Of a stretch of DNA of 56,612 bases, positions 45,960-56,228 are shown piece by piece. The translations under genes were made by a program, and so were the position numbers. The notes under the pieces are model-generated. The model was not told the origin of the DNA. It did not search any database and was given only the letters and a program-made list of their open reading frames with translations. Each line of letters opens with the position of its first letter. Within the stretch, counting starts at the first letter, position 1. Source of the DNA: Anaerolineales bacterium. GTDB taxonomy: Bacteria > Chloroflexota > Anaerolineae > Anaerolineales > UBA11858. The DNA is taken from NCBI GenBank assembly GCA_045888315.1, contig JBGCVQ010000001.1, forward strand, positions 1 to 56,612, read 5' to 3'.

Positions 45960-46166
45960 TCAAAATGGCAGGGCTACCTTACCGGCTACCAGCAGGCAGA
46001 ACGCGCTCAACAGGGTTGCGGTCAAGAACAGCAGAAAGGCCAGCACAAAGCGCTGCCCAGGGGTCATGCCCAGGAACTGGGGTTTAGGCGTTGGCTCTCC
46101 CCAGACATCTTCCTCTGAAAAATCAAAATCATCGTCAAACTGGTTTCGGATATCATCTAGTGACAT
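45960..46166 (-). CDS. Small hypothetical membrane protein (acidic N-terminus plus one TM helix)
   Basis: GGGAG lies before ATG 46166. One hydrophobic helix (FVLAFLLFLTATLLSAFCLLVAG). Confidence 0.45.
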   Translation of the reverse strand: MSLDDIRNQFDDDFDFSEEDVWGEPTPKPQFLGMTPGQRFVLAFLLFLTATLLSAFCLLVAGKVALPF

Positions 46167-46212
46167 AATCTACTCCCAGAACCCCTTAATCATTTACCAG
46201 TGTAGCTTATTT

Positions 46213-47007
46213 TCAGGATCTGTCAACCAGGCGGATCTGGATCTCTCCCGAATGATAGGATTGGACCAGACCCGTTTGGTCCCGCAGGCTGAGTGAACCA
46301 TCCTCGTTAATCCCCAGCACTTCCCCCTGGGCCATCTCGCCCTGCGGCGTGGACAGGACCACCGCCTGGTTGCGGTAAGCCAGAGCTGAGTTCCAGGTAT
46401 TGATAAGAGAAGGCTCTGCCAGCCTTTTATACCACTTGAGAAGTGACTCCATGATCTGGAAGAGCAGCTCCAGGCGGGAGATGCGCTTTCCGAGACATTC
46501 TTCCAGGGTGGCAGCAGGAAAAAGCAGCTCCACATCCGGCGGCAGCGCCTCCCGGTGGACATTCAGGCCAATACCCAGGATGATGGCGATCAGCTGACAT
46601 CCGTCCCAATGCACCTCCGGCAGGATGCCCGCGACCTTTTTGCCCTCCACCAGGACATCATTGGGCCACTTGATACTGGCGGACAACTGGTAGATCTCCT
46701 GGAGGACCTCCCAGACAGCCACCGCGCCCAAACCCGCCAGTCGGCCCAACAGCTCCGGCTGGATCCTGCCCGGTTCGGGATAGAGGACCCAGCTCAAAGC
46801 CAGGGCACTTCCCGGCTCAGTGATCCAGCCTCGTCCCTGCCTGCCCCTGCCCGCTGTCTGGGAATCAGCCAGCACCAGCGAGAAGGGAGGAGCTCCCTTT
46901 TGGACGAGTGCTTCTGCTTCAGAATTTGTTGACCCCACCTCCTGGAAGAGGTAGAGCTCCCCCAGGGGAAGTTCCTCCAGGCGCTGTCGCCAGATATCAA
47001 TATCCAT
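46213..47007 (-). CDS. birA: Biotin--[acetyl-CoA-carboxylase] ligase, class I (no N-terminal HTH)
   Basis: GRGRQGRGW, the KWPND motif (IKWPNDVLV), and a 264-aa length. Confidence 0.88.
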   Translation of the reverse strand: MDIDIWRQRLEELPLGELYLFQEVGSTNSEAEALVQKGAPPFSLVLADSQTAGRGRQGRGWITEPGSALALSWVLYPEPGRIQPELLGRLAGLGAVAVWEVLQEIYQLSASIKWPNDVLVEGKKVAGILPEVHWDGCQLIAIILGIGLNVHREALPPDVELLFPAATLEECLGKRISRLELLFQIMESLLKWYKRLAEPSLINTWNSALAYRNQAVVLSTPQGEMAQGEVLGINEDGSLSLRDQTGLVQSYHSGEIQIRLVDRS

Positions 47008-47066
47008 AACCTTAATTTTACTTGAAAGGGATCAAGATCGAGGGCTGATCTGGTCTGGAAAACAAG

Positions 47067-47091
47067 AACGGCTTCCTTACGAAAGCCGTTC
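47067..47091 (-). terminator. Rho-independent terminator of ftsH
   Basis: GAACGGCTT-TCGTAAGG-AAGCCGTTC on the minus strand, followed by TTGTTTTCC. Confidence 0.6.
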
Positions 47092-47118
47092 AGTATCACA
47101 ATTCGAGGGGCATAAAGC

Positions 47119-48984
47119 CTATTTGCTGTTCTTGACAGGCATACCGCCGTTCTTCGGTTCAGGAACAGGGAAGATCTTATCCAACTCAGCAGCCTCGATG
47201 GTCTCCTGCTCCAGAAGCCTGACGGCAATGGCATCCAGGACCTCTCGGTGCTGAAGGAGGATTTCTTTTGCTCGTTCATAGGAATCCCAAACCAGCTGTT
47301 TGACTTCCCCGTCGATCTTCTCGGCTATAGCTTCCGAGTAATCGCGCTGTTCTGTGAACTCCTTACCAAGGAAGATCATCTCGTCCTTCTGCCCGTAGAC
47401 CATCGGTCCCAGCTCAGTGCTCATCCCCAGGCGGGTGACCATCTCCCGAGCGAGCTTGGTGACCCGCTCAAGGTCGTTGCTGGCGCCTGAAGTGATGTCG
47501 CTGAAGACGATCTCTTCTGCCGCCCTTCCGCCCAACAAGCTGATCATATCAGCCAGCATCTTCTTCCGGGAGACCAGCGTGCGGTCAGTCTCCGGCAGGA
47601 TCAGGGTATAGCCGCCTGCCTGTCCGCGAGCGATGATGGAGATCTTGTGGACCGTATCCGCCTCGGGCAGTGAGCGGGCTGTGATGGCGTGGCCGGCTTC
47701 GTGGTAAGCGATGATCTCCTTCTCGACATCGCTGATCAAGCGGCTCTTGCGCTCAGGACCAGCGATCACACGTTCAATAGATTCCTGGAAATCGGTCTGT
47801 TCGATCATCTTCTTACCGCGCCTGGCAGCCAGGATAGCAGCTTCATTGATCATATTTTCCAGATCCGCACCCACAAAACCAGGGGTGCCTTTTGCGATGA
47901 TCTTGAGATCCACATCGGGAGCAAGCGGTTTGCCGCGGGCATGGACCTCGAGGATGGCTTCCCGACCGCGCATATCCGGACGGTCCAAAATCACCCGCCG
48001 GTCAAAACGTCCGGGCCTCAGCAGCGCCGGGTCAAGTACATCGGGCCGGTTGGTAGCAGCGATGATGATCACATTGGTGTCGGTATCAAACCCATCCATC
48101 TCCACCAGGATCTGGTTCAAGGTCTGCTCGCGCTCATCGTGACTGCCTCCCAATCCGGCTCCCCTATGGCGGCCAACTGCATCGATCTCGTCCACGAAAA
48201 CAATGCAGGGCGAATCGCTCTTGGCCTTATCAAATAGGTCCCGGACCCGGCTGGCGCCGACACCGACGAACATTTCCACAAATTCAGATCCAGAAATGGA
48301 ATAGAATGGAACGCCTGCTTCACCAGAGACCGCTTTCGCCAGGAGGGTCTTGCCAGTACCCGGCGCCCCCATCAGCAGCACGCCTTTCGGGATCCGGGCT
48401 CCCAGGGAAATGAATTTCTCGGGTTCACGGAGGAACTCGACCACCTCGAACAGCTCTTCCTTGGCCTCCGGGATCCCTGCCACATCATCAAAGGTGACAG
48501 TGGGATTGTCCCCGGTGAATTTCCTGGCCCGTGATTGTCCGAAATTCATAGCAGCTGAGCCGCCGCCCCTGGCCTGCCGGAACACAAAATAGAACAAGCC
48601 GGCGATCATAATGAACGGCAGGATATAACCCAGCACATTGATCACGCCAAACCAGGCGCTGGGGGGCTTGATATCGATCAGCACGTTCTCAGGGCTGAGG
48701 TCCTCAGCGGTCACTCCCAGCTCCTTGAGCTGCTCCACATAAGTCGCCCCAGGCTCCTTTTGCGAGGTTGCCTCAGATTCATCCGGGTAGATCAAGGTGA
48801 TCTCATCTTCATTAACGACCACACGGTTGACCTTGCCCTCCACGATCTGTTGGGCTACCTCTCCAATGGATAACTCTTCTGTGGTAATCGCCTGCTGCCT
48901 GACAGCATAAAAGACCAGGATGATGATCCCGACGAATACCAGCATATAAACCAATGATTGTCTGTTATTTGATCCAGAATCCAC
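47119..48984 (-). CDS. ftsH: ATP-dependent zinc metalloprotease FtsH
   Basis: [22 protein letters not shown] and HEAGHA. The GTG start is preceded by GGAGG. Confidence 0.96.
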   Translation of the reverse strand: MDSGSNNRQSLVYMLVFVGIIILVFYAVRQQAITTEELSIGEVAQQIVEGKVNRVVVNEDEITLIYPDESEATSQKEPGATYVEQLKELGVTAEDLSPENVLIDIKPPSAWFGVINVLGYILPFIMIAGLFYFVFRQARGGGSAAMNFGQSRARKFTGDNPTVTFDDVAGIPEAKEELFEVVEFLREPEKFISLGARIPKGVLLMGAPGTGKTLLAKAVSGEAGVPFYSISGSEFVEMFVGVGASRVRDLFDKAKSDSPCIVFVDEIDAVGRHRGAGLGGSHDEREQTLNQILVEMDGFDTDTNVIIIAATNRPDVLDPALLRPGRFDRRVILDRPDMRGREAILEVHARGKPLAPDVDLKIIAKGTPGFVGADLENMINEAAILAARRGKKMIEQTDFQESIERVIAGPERKSRLISDVEKEIIAYHEAGHAITARSLPEADTVHKISIIARGQAGGYTLILPETDRTLVSRKKMLADMISLLGGRAAEEIVFSDITSGASNDLERVTKLAREMVTRLGMSTELGPMVYGQKDEMIFLGKEFTEQRDYSEAIAEKIDGEVKQLVWDSYERAKEILLQHREVLDAIAVRLLEQETIEAAELDKIFPVPEPKNGGMPVKNSK

Positions 48985-49195
48985 AAAAACCTCCGTTGGG
49001 CAAATGCCCAGCGCGCCTGGATTGACCGCTCCAGCGCAGGGTGCTTTTCAGCAATTTACGCAAATTGCCTGTTGGAAAGCAGAGACATTATACCAATCAC
49101 CCCCTGCATTGAATATAGACGAATGCGCAATTAACAGGATATTTATATTATCCCCCGTTTTTCTCCAGATTCATGAACAAGACCCTGGATGCGCT

Positions 49196-49948
49196 CTAGC
49201 TGGCACTCTGGTGTGAATCACAGAACAGATGAACCGCTTCGCGGACAAACTCCGCTCCTCCCTCGCGGATGCGCTCATAATTCACTGCGAACCGAGGATC
49301 CTGGACCCACATGTCAGCCAGGTTTCGCAAGAATTCGACATCGCAGGTATAGAAATAGCGGTTGAGGTATTTGTAGTAATCCCCTACAGCAGCCTGGACA
49401 GCAGGATCTGCTGGCCGTGCCAGGGAATCCTCGGTCACCATCCGCCGGATGATATCTCCACCCTGCTGTTTGATATCCTCTTTCTGAGCATCGCTGTAGC
49501 TGGACCATTTTCGGCGGGATTCCTGATATTGAGGCGTATCCCCCCAGCGTTCCTTGACCTCGTCCTCATACTCCTTCTCATCAAATCCAGAAAAAAGGTT
49601 CTTATCCGACATTTTAAAATCTCCTTCCAAGCTCTGGATTGTCTCATCAATGGTTGAAATGAGCTTCTGGTAACGCTGGATCTGTTTCCGCAGGGCCAGT
49701 TGGTGCTGTTTTAGCGAGGGTAATAGCTGGAAATCAGGGCGATCCAGAAGGTACTGGATCTCCTTCAGCGGCACGTCCAGCTCGCGGAAGAACATGATCT
49801 GCTGGAGGGTCAGCAGATTGCCCCGATCATAATAGCGGTAGCCATTCTCGGCAACCAGGGCTGGTTGGAATAAACCTTGCTGTTCGTAATAGCGCAGTGC
49901 CCTTGGTGTTGACCCTGCCAGGTCAGCCAGCTCCTTGATGGTATACAT
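49196..49948 (-). CDS. MerR-family regulator with a TipAS-type antibiotic-recognition domain
   Basis: N-terminal HTH YTIKELADLAGSTPRALRYYEQQGL. The C-terminus WGDTPQYQES...YYKYLNRYFY...FLRNLADMWVQDPRF fits TipAS. Confidence 0.85.
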   Translation of the reverse strand: MYTIKELADLAGSTPRALRYYEQQGLFQPALVAENGYRYYDRGNLLTLQQIMFFRELDVPLKEIQYLLDRPDFQLLPSLKQHQLALRKQIQRYQKLISTIDETIQSLEGDFKMSDKNLFSGFDEKEYEDEVKERWGDTPQYQESRRKWSSYSDAQKEDIKQQGGDIIRRMVTEDSLARPADPAVQAAVGDYYKYLNRYFYTCDVEFLRNLADMWVQDPRFAVNYERIREGGAEFVREAVHLFCDSHQSAS

Positions 49949-49967
49949 AGACTCACCTCAGGGAGAC

Positions 49968-49998
49968 ATTCTACACCTTAACGTTACGTTAATGTCAA
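49968..49998 (-). promoter_or_regulatory. MerR-type promoter with a 19-bp spacer containing a perfect palindromic operator
   Basis: The minus strand reads TTGACA-ttaacgtaacgttaaggtg-TAGAAT. The palindrome TTAACGT-n-ACGTTAA (49978..49992) lies inside the spacer. Confidence 0.6.
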
Positions 49999-50027
49999 GG
50001 GCAAAAAGAACCACTCAGCGGTGTGAA

Positions 50028-50615
50028 TCACTCCAGGTTGTTAAGCTGGTTTCGCAGTTCCTCAATCTTGTCCGAGGTGTAAGCCCCACTCTCCCGCCAC
50101 AGGATAGTCCCCTCATTATCCACTAGCAAGACCGTGATGGCATCCTCACTGTCGATTGCCAGAGCCTTTTTGAACCTTTCCTTATCAAGATACAAGGTGA
50201 TCGTCCGCTCCCGGGCTGTCTGATCGGGGATCCCAGCGCGCATGCCTTCGTTTATGAATGTCCGTGAAAGAGCTGGCAGCTCATAGATCGTAGGCAGTTC
50301 ATAATAGACCAGTCCCTTCTGCTCCTGTTCCAACTGCTGGGCAGCAGGGATCCAGGTGTTGACTTCTCTCTGCTGCCATTGCTGGAAGGGAACGAACAGC
50401 AAATTGTACTCCCCCTCGAAATCCCGGGGGAACTCATATTCAATCCGCATCAGATTCTTACCGCTGACAATTGGAAAATGGGCTCCTTCCCGGATGACCC
50501 CCAGCCGGCTCTTACCAACACCGATCCTTGAGTTCAAAAAGGACAACATCCCAATGATCAACAGTGCTGCCAGAATAACGCTTAGAATAATTTTCATTTC
50601 CCTCGTAATCATCAA
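50028..50615 (-). CDS. Hypothetical membrane-anchored protein
   Basis: N-terminal TM helix and no recognisable motif. It lies directly upstream of the merR promoter, in the same orientation. Confidence 0.5.
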   Translation of the reverse strand: MMITREMKIILSVILAALLIIGMLSFLNSRIGVGKSRLGVIREGAHFPIVSGKNLMRIEYEFPRDFEGEYNLLFVPFQQWQQREVNTWIPAAQQLEQEQKGLVYYELPTIYELPALSRTFINEGMRAGIPDQTARERTITLYLDKERFKKALAIDSEDAITVLLVDNEGTILWRESGAYTSDKIEELRNQLNNLE

Positions 50616-50750
50616 AAACCACTTATCAGTTTCCTAGATGGAACCAACCAGGGATGTCTTACCTGCCTTTTTTCCTCACATATGTGCGCATTTTTCTTTT
50701 ATGATTTATACTGATGGTATCCAATTATCCGTTTCACAAGGAGGATTTCC

Positions 50751-51119
50751 ATGTCTCGCGTTATTCATTTTGAGGTTCCGGCAGACGATCCGCAACGGCT
50801 GATCAAGTTCTATGAAGAGGTTTTCGGCTGGCGAATTGAGAAATGGGATGGTCCGATGGAATACTGGCTGGTAATGACCGGGTCGGAGGATGACCCAGGG
50901 ATCGACGGCGGCCTGGCCAAGAGAACTGATCCGGAAGTTGGAGTGGAGATCACGGTTGATGTGGCCGACCTCGATCAAGCCCTTGCCGGGGTAGAATCCC
51001 ACGGCGGAGAGGTCATCCGCCCTAAAGGAGCTGTACCCGGTGTTGGCTGGCTGGCCTATATCAAAGACACCGAAGGCAATATCCTGGGCATGATGGAAAG
51101 CGATCCGGATGCCGCCTGA
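50751..51119 (+). CDS. VOC/glyoxalase-family protein
   Basis: VIHFEVPADDPQRLIKFYEEVFGW ... DTEGNILGMME. AAGGAGG lies before the ATG. Confidence 0.8.
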   Translation: MSRVIHFEVPADDPQRLIKFYEEVFGWRIEKWDGPMEYWLVMTGSEDDPGIDGGLAKRTDPEVGVEITVDVADLDQALAGVESHGGEVIRPKGAVPGVGWLAYIKDTEGNILGMMESDPDAA

Positions 51120-51142
51120 AGATTCGCCAGATAGATGAGACC

Positions 51143-51631
51143 ATGAGCGATCAACAATACAACACACTGCAGGATGACCATCTGAGGTTCGCCAAGTCGA
51201 TCTGGAATAGAATCTGGGAGCTCCTGGAAAAGGACAACCGCTCACCTTCGGAGGAGGAAGACCTGCTGCTGAGTGCTTATGCCTCACTTTACCACTGGAA
51301 GCAGGTCGGCAAGGAGGCTAATCTCCAGCGGGGGTATTGGATGCTGTCCCGGGTCTATCTAGCCCTGGGAGCCGCGGATCAGGCCCTGGATTGGGCACTT
51401 AAGTGCCAGAGGATCACCCAGGAATACACCATGTCCATGGAGGATTTTGACCTGGCTTATGCTCAGGAAGGATTAGCCAGGGCTTATGCCATGGTGGGTG
51501 AGCTTGAGCTAGCCAGAAAGCACCGGCATGAGGCTGCAGTCCTCAGCGAGCAGATCGAGGATCCGGAAGACCGCGAGATCTTCTTAGGTGATTTCCAGGG
51601 AGGGGATTGGTTCGAGCTGGACCTGGGGTAG
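51143..51631 (+). CDS. Hypothetical helical protein
   Basis: Coding-like composition, with no motif recognised. Confidence 0.5.
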   Translation: MSDQQYNTLQDDHLRFAKSIWNRIWELLEKDNRSPSEEEDLLLSAYASLYHWKQVGKEANLQRGYWMLSRVYLALGAADQALDWALKCQRITQEYTMSMEDFDLAYAQEGLARAYAMVGELELARKHRHEAAVLSEQIEDPEDREIFLGDFQGGDWFELDLG

Positions 51632-51771
51632 CTTCGCCGAGATCGAGAATGCACCCCTGCAAAGAGGTCCGGTTCTGGTCCTCCAACAGACCAGGACAGC
51701 CTCGATCCCTTGGTCCGGCTCATCCTCGGGTCGGTTGCCAGGGTCACTAGAATTTGGCTGGGAGGTGGAGC

Positions 51772-52671
51772 ATGTCTGAATTCCGGGGAGCTATCTGGGG
51801 TGTCAGATGGCTGCTTGTCCCGCTGATCCTGCTCAGCGCCTGCCAGGGAGTTCCTTCTCCTTCCCCGGGCACAGGGCAGGAAACTCTCAACAGCACAGCT
51901 CCCCCTTCCCCAACAGCAACCGAGGTTGCCCCTCCTCAGCCGACTTTCGATGTTGGAGTCCAGCCCTACCTGGAGGATGTTGAAGATATCTTGCGGCACA
52001 GCGCAGTGGTCATCAAGGATCGTGCCCTGGGGATCCCGGATGCCTGCCCGGATCTCTATATCACGGCCTTCCCTTATTCTGAACCTGACCGCACCGGAGG
52101 GCAGACCCTGGCTGTCACGGCCCTGACCCGCGAGGATGACGGCTCGATCATCCTGGGCGAACACCGCTACCTGTGGAATCTCAAGGGGGAAGGCGTGGAT
52201 CCAGAGCGCTGTAAGCAGGTCTACATCCAAGATAGATCCGAACCGGGCTTGATCCGGATCGTTTTTCAGGTCCAGGATCCCTACGACAGCTCCTGGAGGA
52301 TCGGAGTTGCTTCCGGCATCTGCCCCAGCCTTGAGCTGGCTGGCTACTTTTACCTGGAACATCCGGATGACTTCCAGCTGCTGATCACAACATATGCCCA
52401 AGGAGAGCCAACTGACTTCTGGCTCCGGGATGGTTCCCAGCTCCTGCGGTATCACTGGGAACCCTGGCAGGAGACGCTGCTGTGGACCATAAACGATGTG
52501 CCAGGGAGCATCTCTGATTTGAATTGGGACAATACCTCCCAGGATATCAACGGAGACGGCCTGCCAGACCTGGCAATCACCTGGAATATCAGCGGAAACC
52601 AGGAAACCAGGTATTACAGTCCTGCCGCGAATGGTTTCATCTTATTGGAAAATGGAAGCGCAGGAGACTAG
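51772..52671 (+). CDS. Hypothetical lipoprotein with a C-terminal FG-GAP/VCBS-like DINGDGLPD motif
   Basis: GGAGGTGGAG lies before ATG 51772. Lipobox LLSAC, and a calcium-binding-like DINGDGLPDLAI. Confidence 0.6.
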   Translation: MSEFRGAIWGVRWLLVPLILLSACQGVPSPSPGTGQETLNSTAPPSPTATEVAPPQPTFDVGVQPYLEDVEDILRHSAVVIKDRALGIPDACPDLYITAFPYSEPDRTGGQTLAVTALTREDDGSIILGEHRYLWNLKGEGVDPERCKQVYIQDRSEPGLIRIVFQVQDPYDSSWRIGVASGICPSLELAGYFYLEHPDDFQLLITTYAQGEPTDFWLRDGSQLLRYHWEPWQETLLWTINDVPGSISDLNWDNTSQDINGDGLPDLAITWNISGNQETRYYSPAANGFILLENGSAGD

Positions 52672-52684
52672 CATCGGTATGGTA

Positions 52685-53701
52685 CTAGGGGGAGAAGAAA
52701 TCCCGCACTGCACTGACCCCTGATCCATAGAGCTGGTTGTATTTCTCATCCCCCACCCGGATGTCGAAATTCGTAGGATCTATATTGCAATCGCTGATCT
52801 CGATCGTCCGATGTTGATCAACAGAGCTGGAGGAATAGCTGGCTAGCTCATAGGAATGGTAGATATTCCTGAAGGTCAGACTCAGGAATTCCCAGACATT
52901 CTCAGGAAACTCCGGCTGGTCAGGGTGGAGATAATGATCGGGATAGAGAAACAACCCCAAGGTCTCCCAATTGATGCCTTCCCGGAAAGCCCAGGATCTG
53001 CTCGCCAGGTCCGGCCGGTCAAAAATATGCATGGGGAAATTATCGAACAGCCCCCCATCGACGTAGTAATCCCCTTTACCAAAGGATTGGCCGTCGAACT
53101 GCAGGGCCTCGAAATAAATCGGGATGGACATGGACATCCTGACAGCGTCCGCAACCGCCACATCAGGGGTAGAGAGCGCTGAAAAGACCTCAGCTCGCTG
53201 GCGGGACAGGTTAGCTGCTACGATATACAAGTCCCGAAAACCGAGGTTCTTGAAGTCTGCGAAAGTTGCCCTCCCATTTCCCTCACAATGATCTTCAATG
53301 ACCCCGATCAACCATTCGTAGAAGTACTCACTGGAATACCAGCCGTACTTGGTCACGAAGCGGTGGGCACTCTGCTGTTCAGCAAGCCAGGGAAGCAACT
53401 TATGAGCAGGGCGAGTAAGATTCTGGGGCACTTTAGTCAGATCCAGGGTGTTGAAGAGCTCAAGGGTTGCGGGAATGGGCAGCCGCAGCGAGAGGACGGC
53501 CGCGGTTATAGCGCCCGCGGATGTCCCGGCAACACGCTCGATGTTATCGATGACCCGGTATTCGTCCAGTACTTCAAGCGCCCCCATGTAGGCAATGCCC
53601 CTGACACCTCCACCTTTGAACACCAGATTCCGATAGAGGGTCCTCTTGTATTCGTGGTCGATGGCAGATTTCAGCTTTTGTAAGAAATTTGGTAAGGCCA
53701 T
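52685..53701 (-). CDS. Patatin-like phospholipase
   Basis: GGGVRGIAYMG (oxyanion hole), GTSAGA (nucleophilic Ser) and DGG (catalytic Asp). Confidence 0.88.
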   Translation of the reverse strand: MALPNFLQKLKSAIDHEYKRTLYRNLVFKGGGVRGIAYMGALEVLDEYRVIDNIERVAGTSAGAITAAVLSLRLPIPATLELFNTLDLTKVPQNLTRPAHKLLPWLAEQQSAHRFVTKYGWYSSEYFYEWLIGVIEDHCEGNGRATFADFKNLGFRDLYIVAANLSRQRAEVFSALSTPDVAVADAVRMSMSIPIYFEALQFDGQSFGKGDYYVDGGLFDNFPMHIFDRPDLASRSWAFREGINWETLGLFLYPDHYLHPDQPEFPENVWEFLSLTFRNIYHSYELASYSSSSVDQHRTIEISDCNIDPTNFDIRVGDEKYNQLYGSGVSAVRDFFSP

Positions 53702-53782
53702 ATTCTCATCATAACATATGCCAAATATCGCGCATGGCATCCGATCAGACAGCTTGAAGAAGGCCTGTCAGGTCAGCACATG

Positions 53783-55090
53783 CTAGCGGGATCCCGCAGC
53801 CATGTTGAATTTCCTCCAAGCTATGCCGTGGAAGAGGGAGGCTTTGACCGGGAGCCGCCTGACCTCCTCCAGCCAGCGCTCCTCTGCCTCGCGAGCCTGC
53901 TGGAAGCAGCTCCTGGAATAATCGCTGCGCTCCTCCCGGGATGCGCCCCGGCGCTCCAGGGCGCCCTGGATGAACTTCGTTTCGAGCACATCGCGTTCCT
54001 CCTGGAAGGCTGCGGCTCGCTGGGGATAATTGGCAAGGACTTCGCGATGCAGGCGCTCATGGGCCCAGAACAGGGTCGCAGGATCGAAGGTGTCACGGGG
54101 TTCCGGCCCCAGGTCGAGCGGGGCATCCACCCAAACCGGTTTGAATATCCCAGTGCAGGGTGCAGCGGTGCCGGTAGCCAGGATCAAGGGATTCCCTTCC
54201 TCCAGGGAAACGATCAGCGATGCTGTGGTCTGGCTGCTCCTGATCGGTCCCAGGCTGGCGTGCATGCAGATATCAGCACCTGCCAACCCGGGAAGCGGAT
54301 TCTCATCCCCTCCATGGTCGCGGAGGATCTTAGCCATGGTTTCCGGGCTGATCGATCCCCTGGAAGCTTCCATGAGCGCCCGGGAGCGGGCACAGCGTTT
54401 TCTTCCATCAGCAAAGGTGGTGTAGATCAGATCCGAGAGATCCCCGGCGAGGCGGATATCCTTCTCAGATTTTGCCAGTCCCCGGTCAATGATATAGTCC
54501 ACCAGGCCAGGCGAGGATCGATCCCAGCTGTCTTGCAGGGAAAGCAAATTCGAGATACTGTAAAGGGGATCCACCCGGCGGGCAGCCCAGTGGCGATCGA
54601 TGGTCTCCAGCACCCAGCTCTCTTGTGGATCAGCAATCAAAAAGCTGTTGTGATAGTACAGGTGGCCCTGATGGACACAATTTCCGCCCTGGCCGAACTG
54701 CTCCAGCAGGCTGCCAATGACATCGACTGCTTCCGGGGCGGATGCTGCCCGCTCCAGGCCCAGGCGCAGGAGGTCCATCCCCAGCAGCGCAGGCTCCTTG
54801 TTGGCAGGGATTTTTGAGAACACCGCTTCGTTGCCAATGGCCAGTCCATGCTGGTTGACACCCATTTCCGCTCCCCACATCCAGAAGGGGCGGGAGAGCA
54901 GCACTGCCCAGGTGCGGGCCACCTGGGGGATCTCCAGGTATGTGCAGCGGAGAATTTCTCCAGGTTGATAAGAACGCTCGGGGATCCAATCCAAGAACTG
55001 AGCCTCGTTCGGCGGGCGGTCCGAGTTCTTCGCCAGCAGAGTACGCCCCGCAGCAGTGATTGTGGAATCGGCGATCAAAGTATCACACAT
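53783..55090 (-). CDS. C69-family (secernin-like) Ntn-hydrolase dipeptidase
   Basis: N-terminal MCDT (nucleophilic Cys2) followed by AKNSDRPPNE. Confidence 0.75.
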   Translation of the reverse strand: MCDTLIADSTITAAGRTLLAKNSDRPPNEAQFLDWIPERSYQPGEILRCTYLEIPQVARTWAVLLSRPFWMWGAEMGVNQHGLAIGNEAVFSKIPANKEPALLGMDLLRLGLERAASAPEAVDVIGSLLEQFGQGGNCVHQGHLYYHNSFLIADPQESWVLETIDRHWAARRVDPLYSISNLLSLQDSWDRSSPGLVDYIIDRGLAKSEKDIRLAGDLSDLIYTTFADGRKRCARSRALMEASRGSISPETMAKILRDHGGDENPLPGLAGADICMHASLGPIRSSQTTASLIVSLEEGNPLILATGTAAPCTGIFKPVWVDAPLDLGPEPRDTFDPATLFWAHERLHREVLANYPQRAAAFQEERDVLETKFIQGALERRGASREERSDYSRSCFQQAREAEERWLEEVRRLPVKASLFHGIAWRKFNMAAGSR

Positions 55091-55120
55091 ATAAAATACC
55101 TCCTGGCAAAATTATAAACG

Positions 55121-55152
55121 GAAACGGTTTCCACCATGGTGGAAACCGTTTC
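55121..55152. terminator. Perfect 32-nt palindrome downstream of the PadR operon
   Basis: GAAACGGTTTCCACCA/TGGTGGAAACCGTTTC. The arms share AAACGGTTTCC with the gyrA terminator. Confidence 0.6.
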
Positions 55153-55204
55153 GATCGTTTTGGTCTTCGACTGCTCAGGATTGAGCGATCGGTGTGAATC
55201 CTGG

Positions 55205-56209
55205 CTACTTGATTTCTACAACGGCGGCCTTGGGTGAGAAGTCGCTTCCCAGTTTGCTCTTGATCAGCCTGTAGATGGATACCAGGAACTCGATGCTGGA
55301 AACGATCAGCGCTACCAGGAATCCCCAGCGGTAAGCGTGCATGCCAACCAGCTCCCATTTCAGGTTCTCAATAGCGGTCAAACCTTCCATCAAGCCTGAA
55401 GAGGAGCGGGCAGCCAGCCACAAGGTATGTCCCTGGACCAGCAAGGCCAAGACACCGATGGTGTAGAGACTGAGGACCAATTTGGCGATCCTTCCAGGCC
55501 AATCCATCCGGCCTTTCCAGAACAAGTAGATATTGAGCAGGATACCTGCGGCTAAGCCGATCTGGATCCAGATCAGGAAGTCCAAGATGACGGGATTGGG
55601 GTAGAACTCTCCCCCAGGGAAGGTGACAATTCCGATCCACTGCGGGAAGAAGGTCACCAGGACCAGCAGCAGCACACCCATGACCATGCTGAAAACCATC
55701 TCGCCCCGCTTGAGATCCTCATCGGGATTGATTTCTGGCAGGCTGCGCGGGTCCCAGGGTTCTTCCTTGGGGTATGGTTTCGCATCAAAATACTGCAGGA
55801 TCATGAAGGTGATCAGCACCCATCCCAGGGAGGCTGGCACACTGTTCACCAGGGAGGAGATGATCTCCAGAAAGGTAAAACTCTCTCCCGCCACGAGCAT
55901 GCTGATCCCCCAGGCTAGCAACTGGGCCCCCAGAACTGCCACAACCACGATCCAGGCGACCATCCGGAACAGCGGGTAAAGCACCGGTCCAACCAGGTAC
56001 TGACCTTCAGGATGGTAAGATGCGGCTACCTGCCGGGGGCGACCCAATTCCTTCAGCAGCTCTTCAACCTGGGCATCCGTGGGCTCCGGGCCATAGCGGT
56101 CTTCCAGATTGTCAACCACAGAGGAACGCAGCTCAGCCTGGATATCTCCTCTCTTTTTGCGCGGGATAAAGCGCCCAACTTCATAAATATAACGATCTAT
56201 CATACTCAT
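55205..56209 (-). CDS. Membrane protein with an N-terminal HAAS/DUF1700-like domain (PadR-associated)
   Basis: IDRYIYEVGRFIPRKKRGDIQAELRSSVVDNLEDRYG followed by about seven TM helices. GGAGG lies before ATG 56209. Confidence 0.7.
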   Translation of the reverse strand: MSMIDRYIYEVGRFIPRKKRGDIQAELRSSVVDNLEDRYGPEPTDAQVEELLKELGRPRQVAASYHPEGQYLVGPVLYPLFRMVAWIVVVAVLGAQLLAWGISMLVAGESFTFLEIISSLVNSVPASLGWVLITFMILQYFDAKPYPKEEPWDPRSLPEINPDEDLKRGEMVFSMVMGVLLLVLVTFFPQWIGIVTFPGGEFYPNPVILDFLIWIQIGLAAGILLNIYLFWKGRMDWPGRIAKLVLSLYTIGVLALLVQGHTLWLAARSSSGLMEGLTAIENLKWELVGMHAYRWGFLVALIVSSIEFLVSIYRLIKSKLGSDFSPKAAVVEIK

Positions 56210-56228
56210 TGTATTATCCTCCTCTGGC

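Noticed and set aside
51484-52455. A 323-aa minus-strand ORF overlapping the 51143..51631 and 51772..52671 genes.
   Set aside because: Its translation is Arg/Ser/Pro-rich and featureless. The plus-strand ORF has a Shine-Dalgarno, a lipobox signal peptide and a DINGDG motif.
52685-53701. The patatin-like phospholipase as a CBASS-type or other anti-phage effector.
   Set aside because: No cyclase, CD-NTase, E1/E2/JAB or other defence-associated gene lies next to it. The neighbours are a peptidase and a lipoprotein.
53780-54817. A 345-aa plus-strand ORF opposite the C69 peptidase gene.
   Set aside because: The minus-strand product has the MCDT...KNSDRP Ntn-hydrolase signature. The plus-strand translation is low-complexity.
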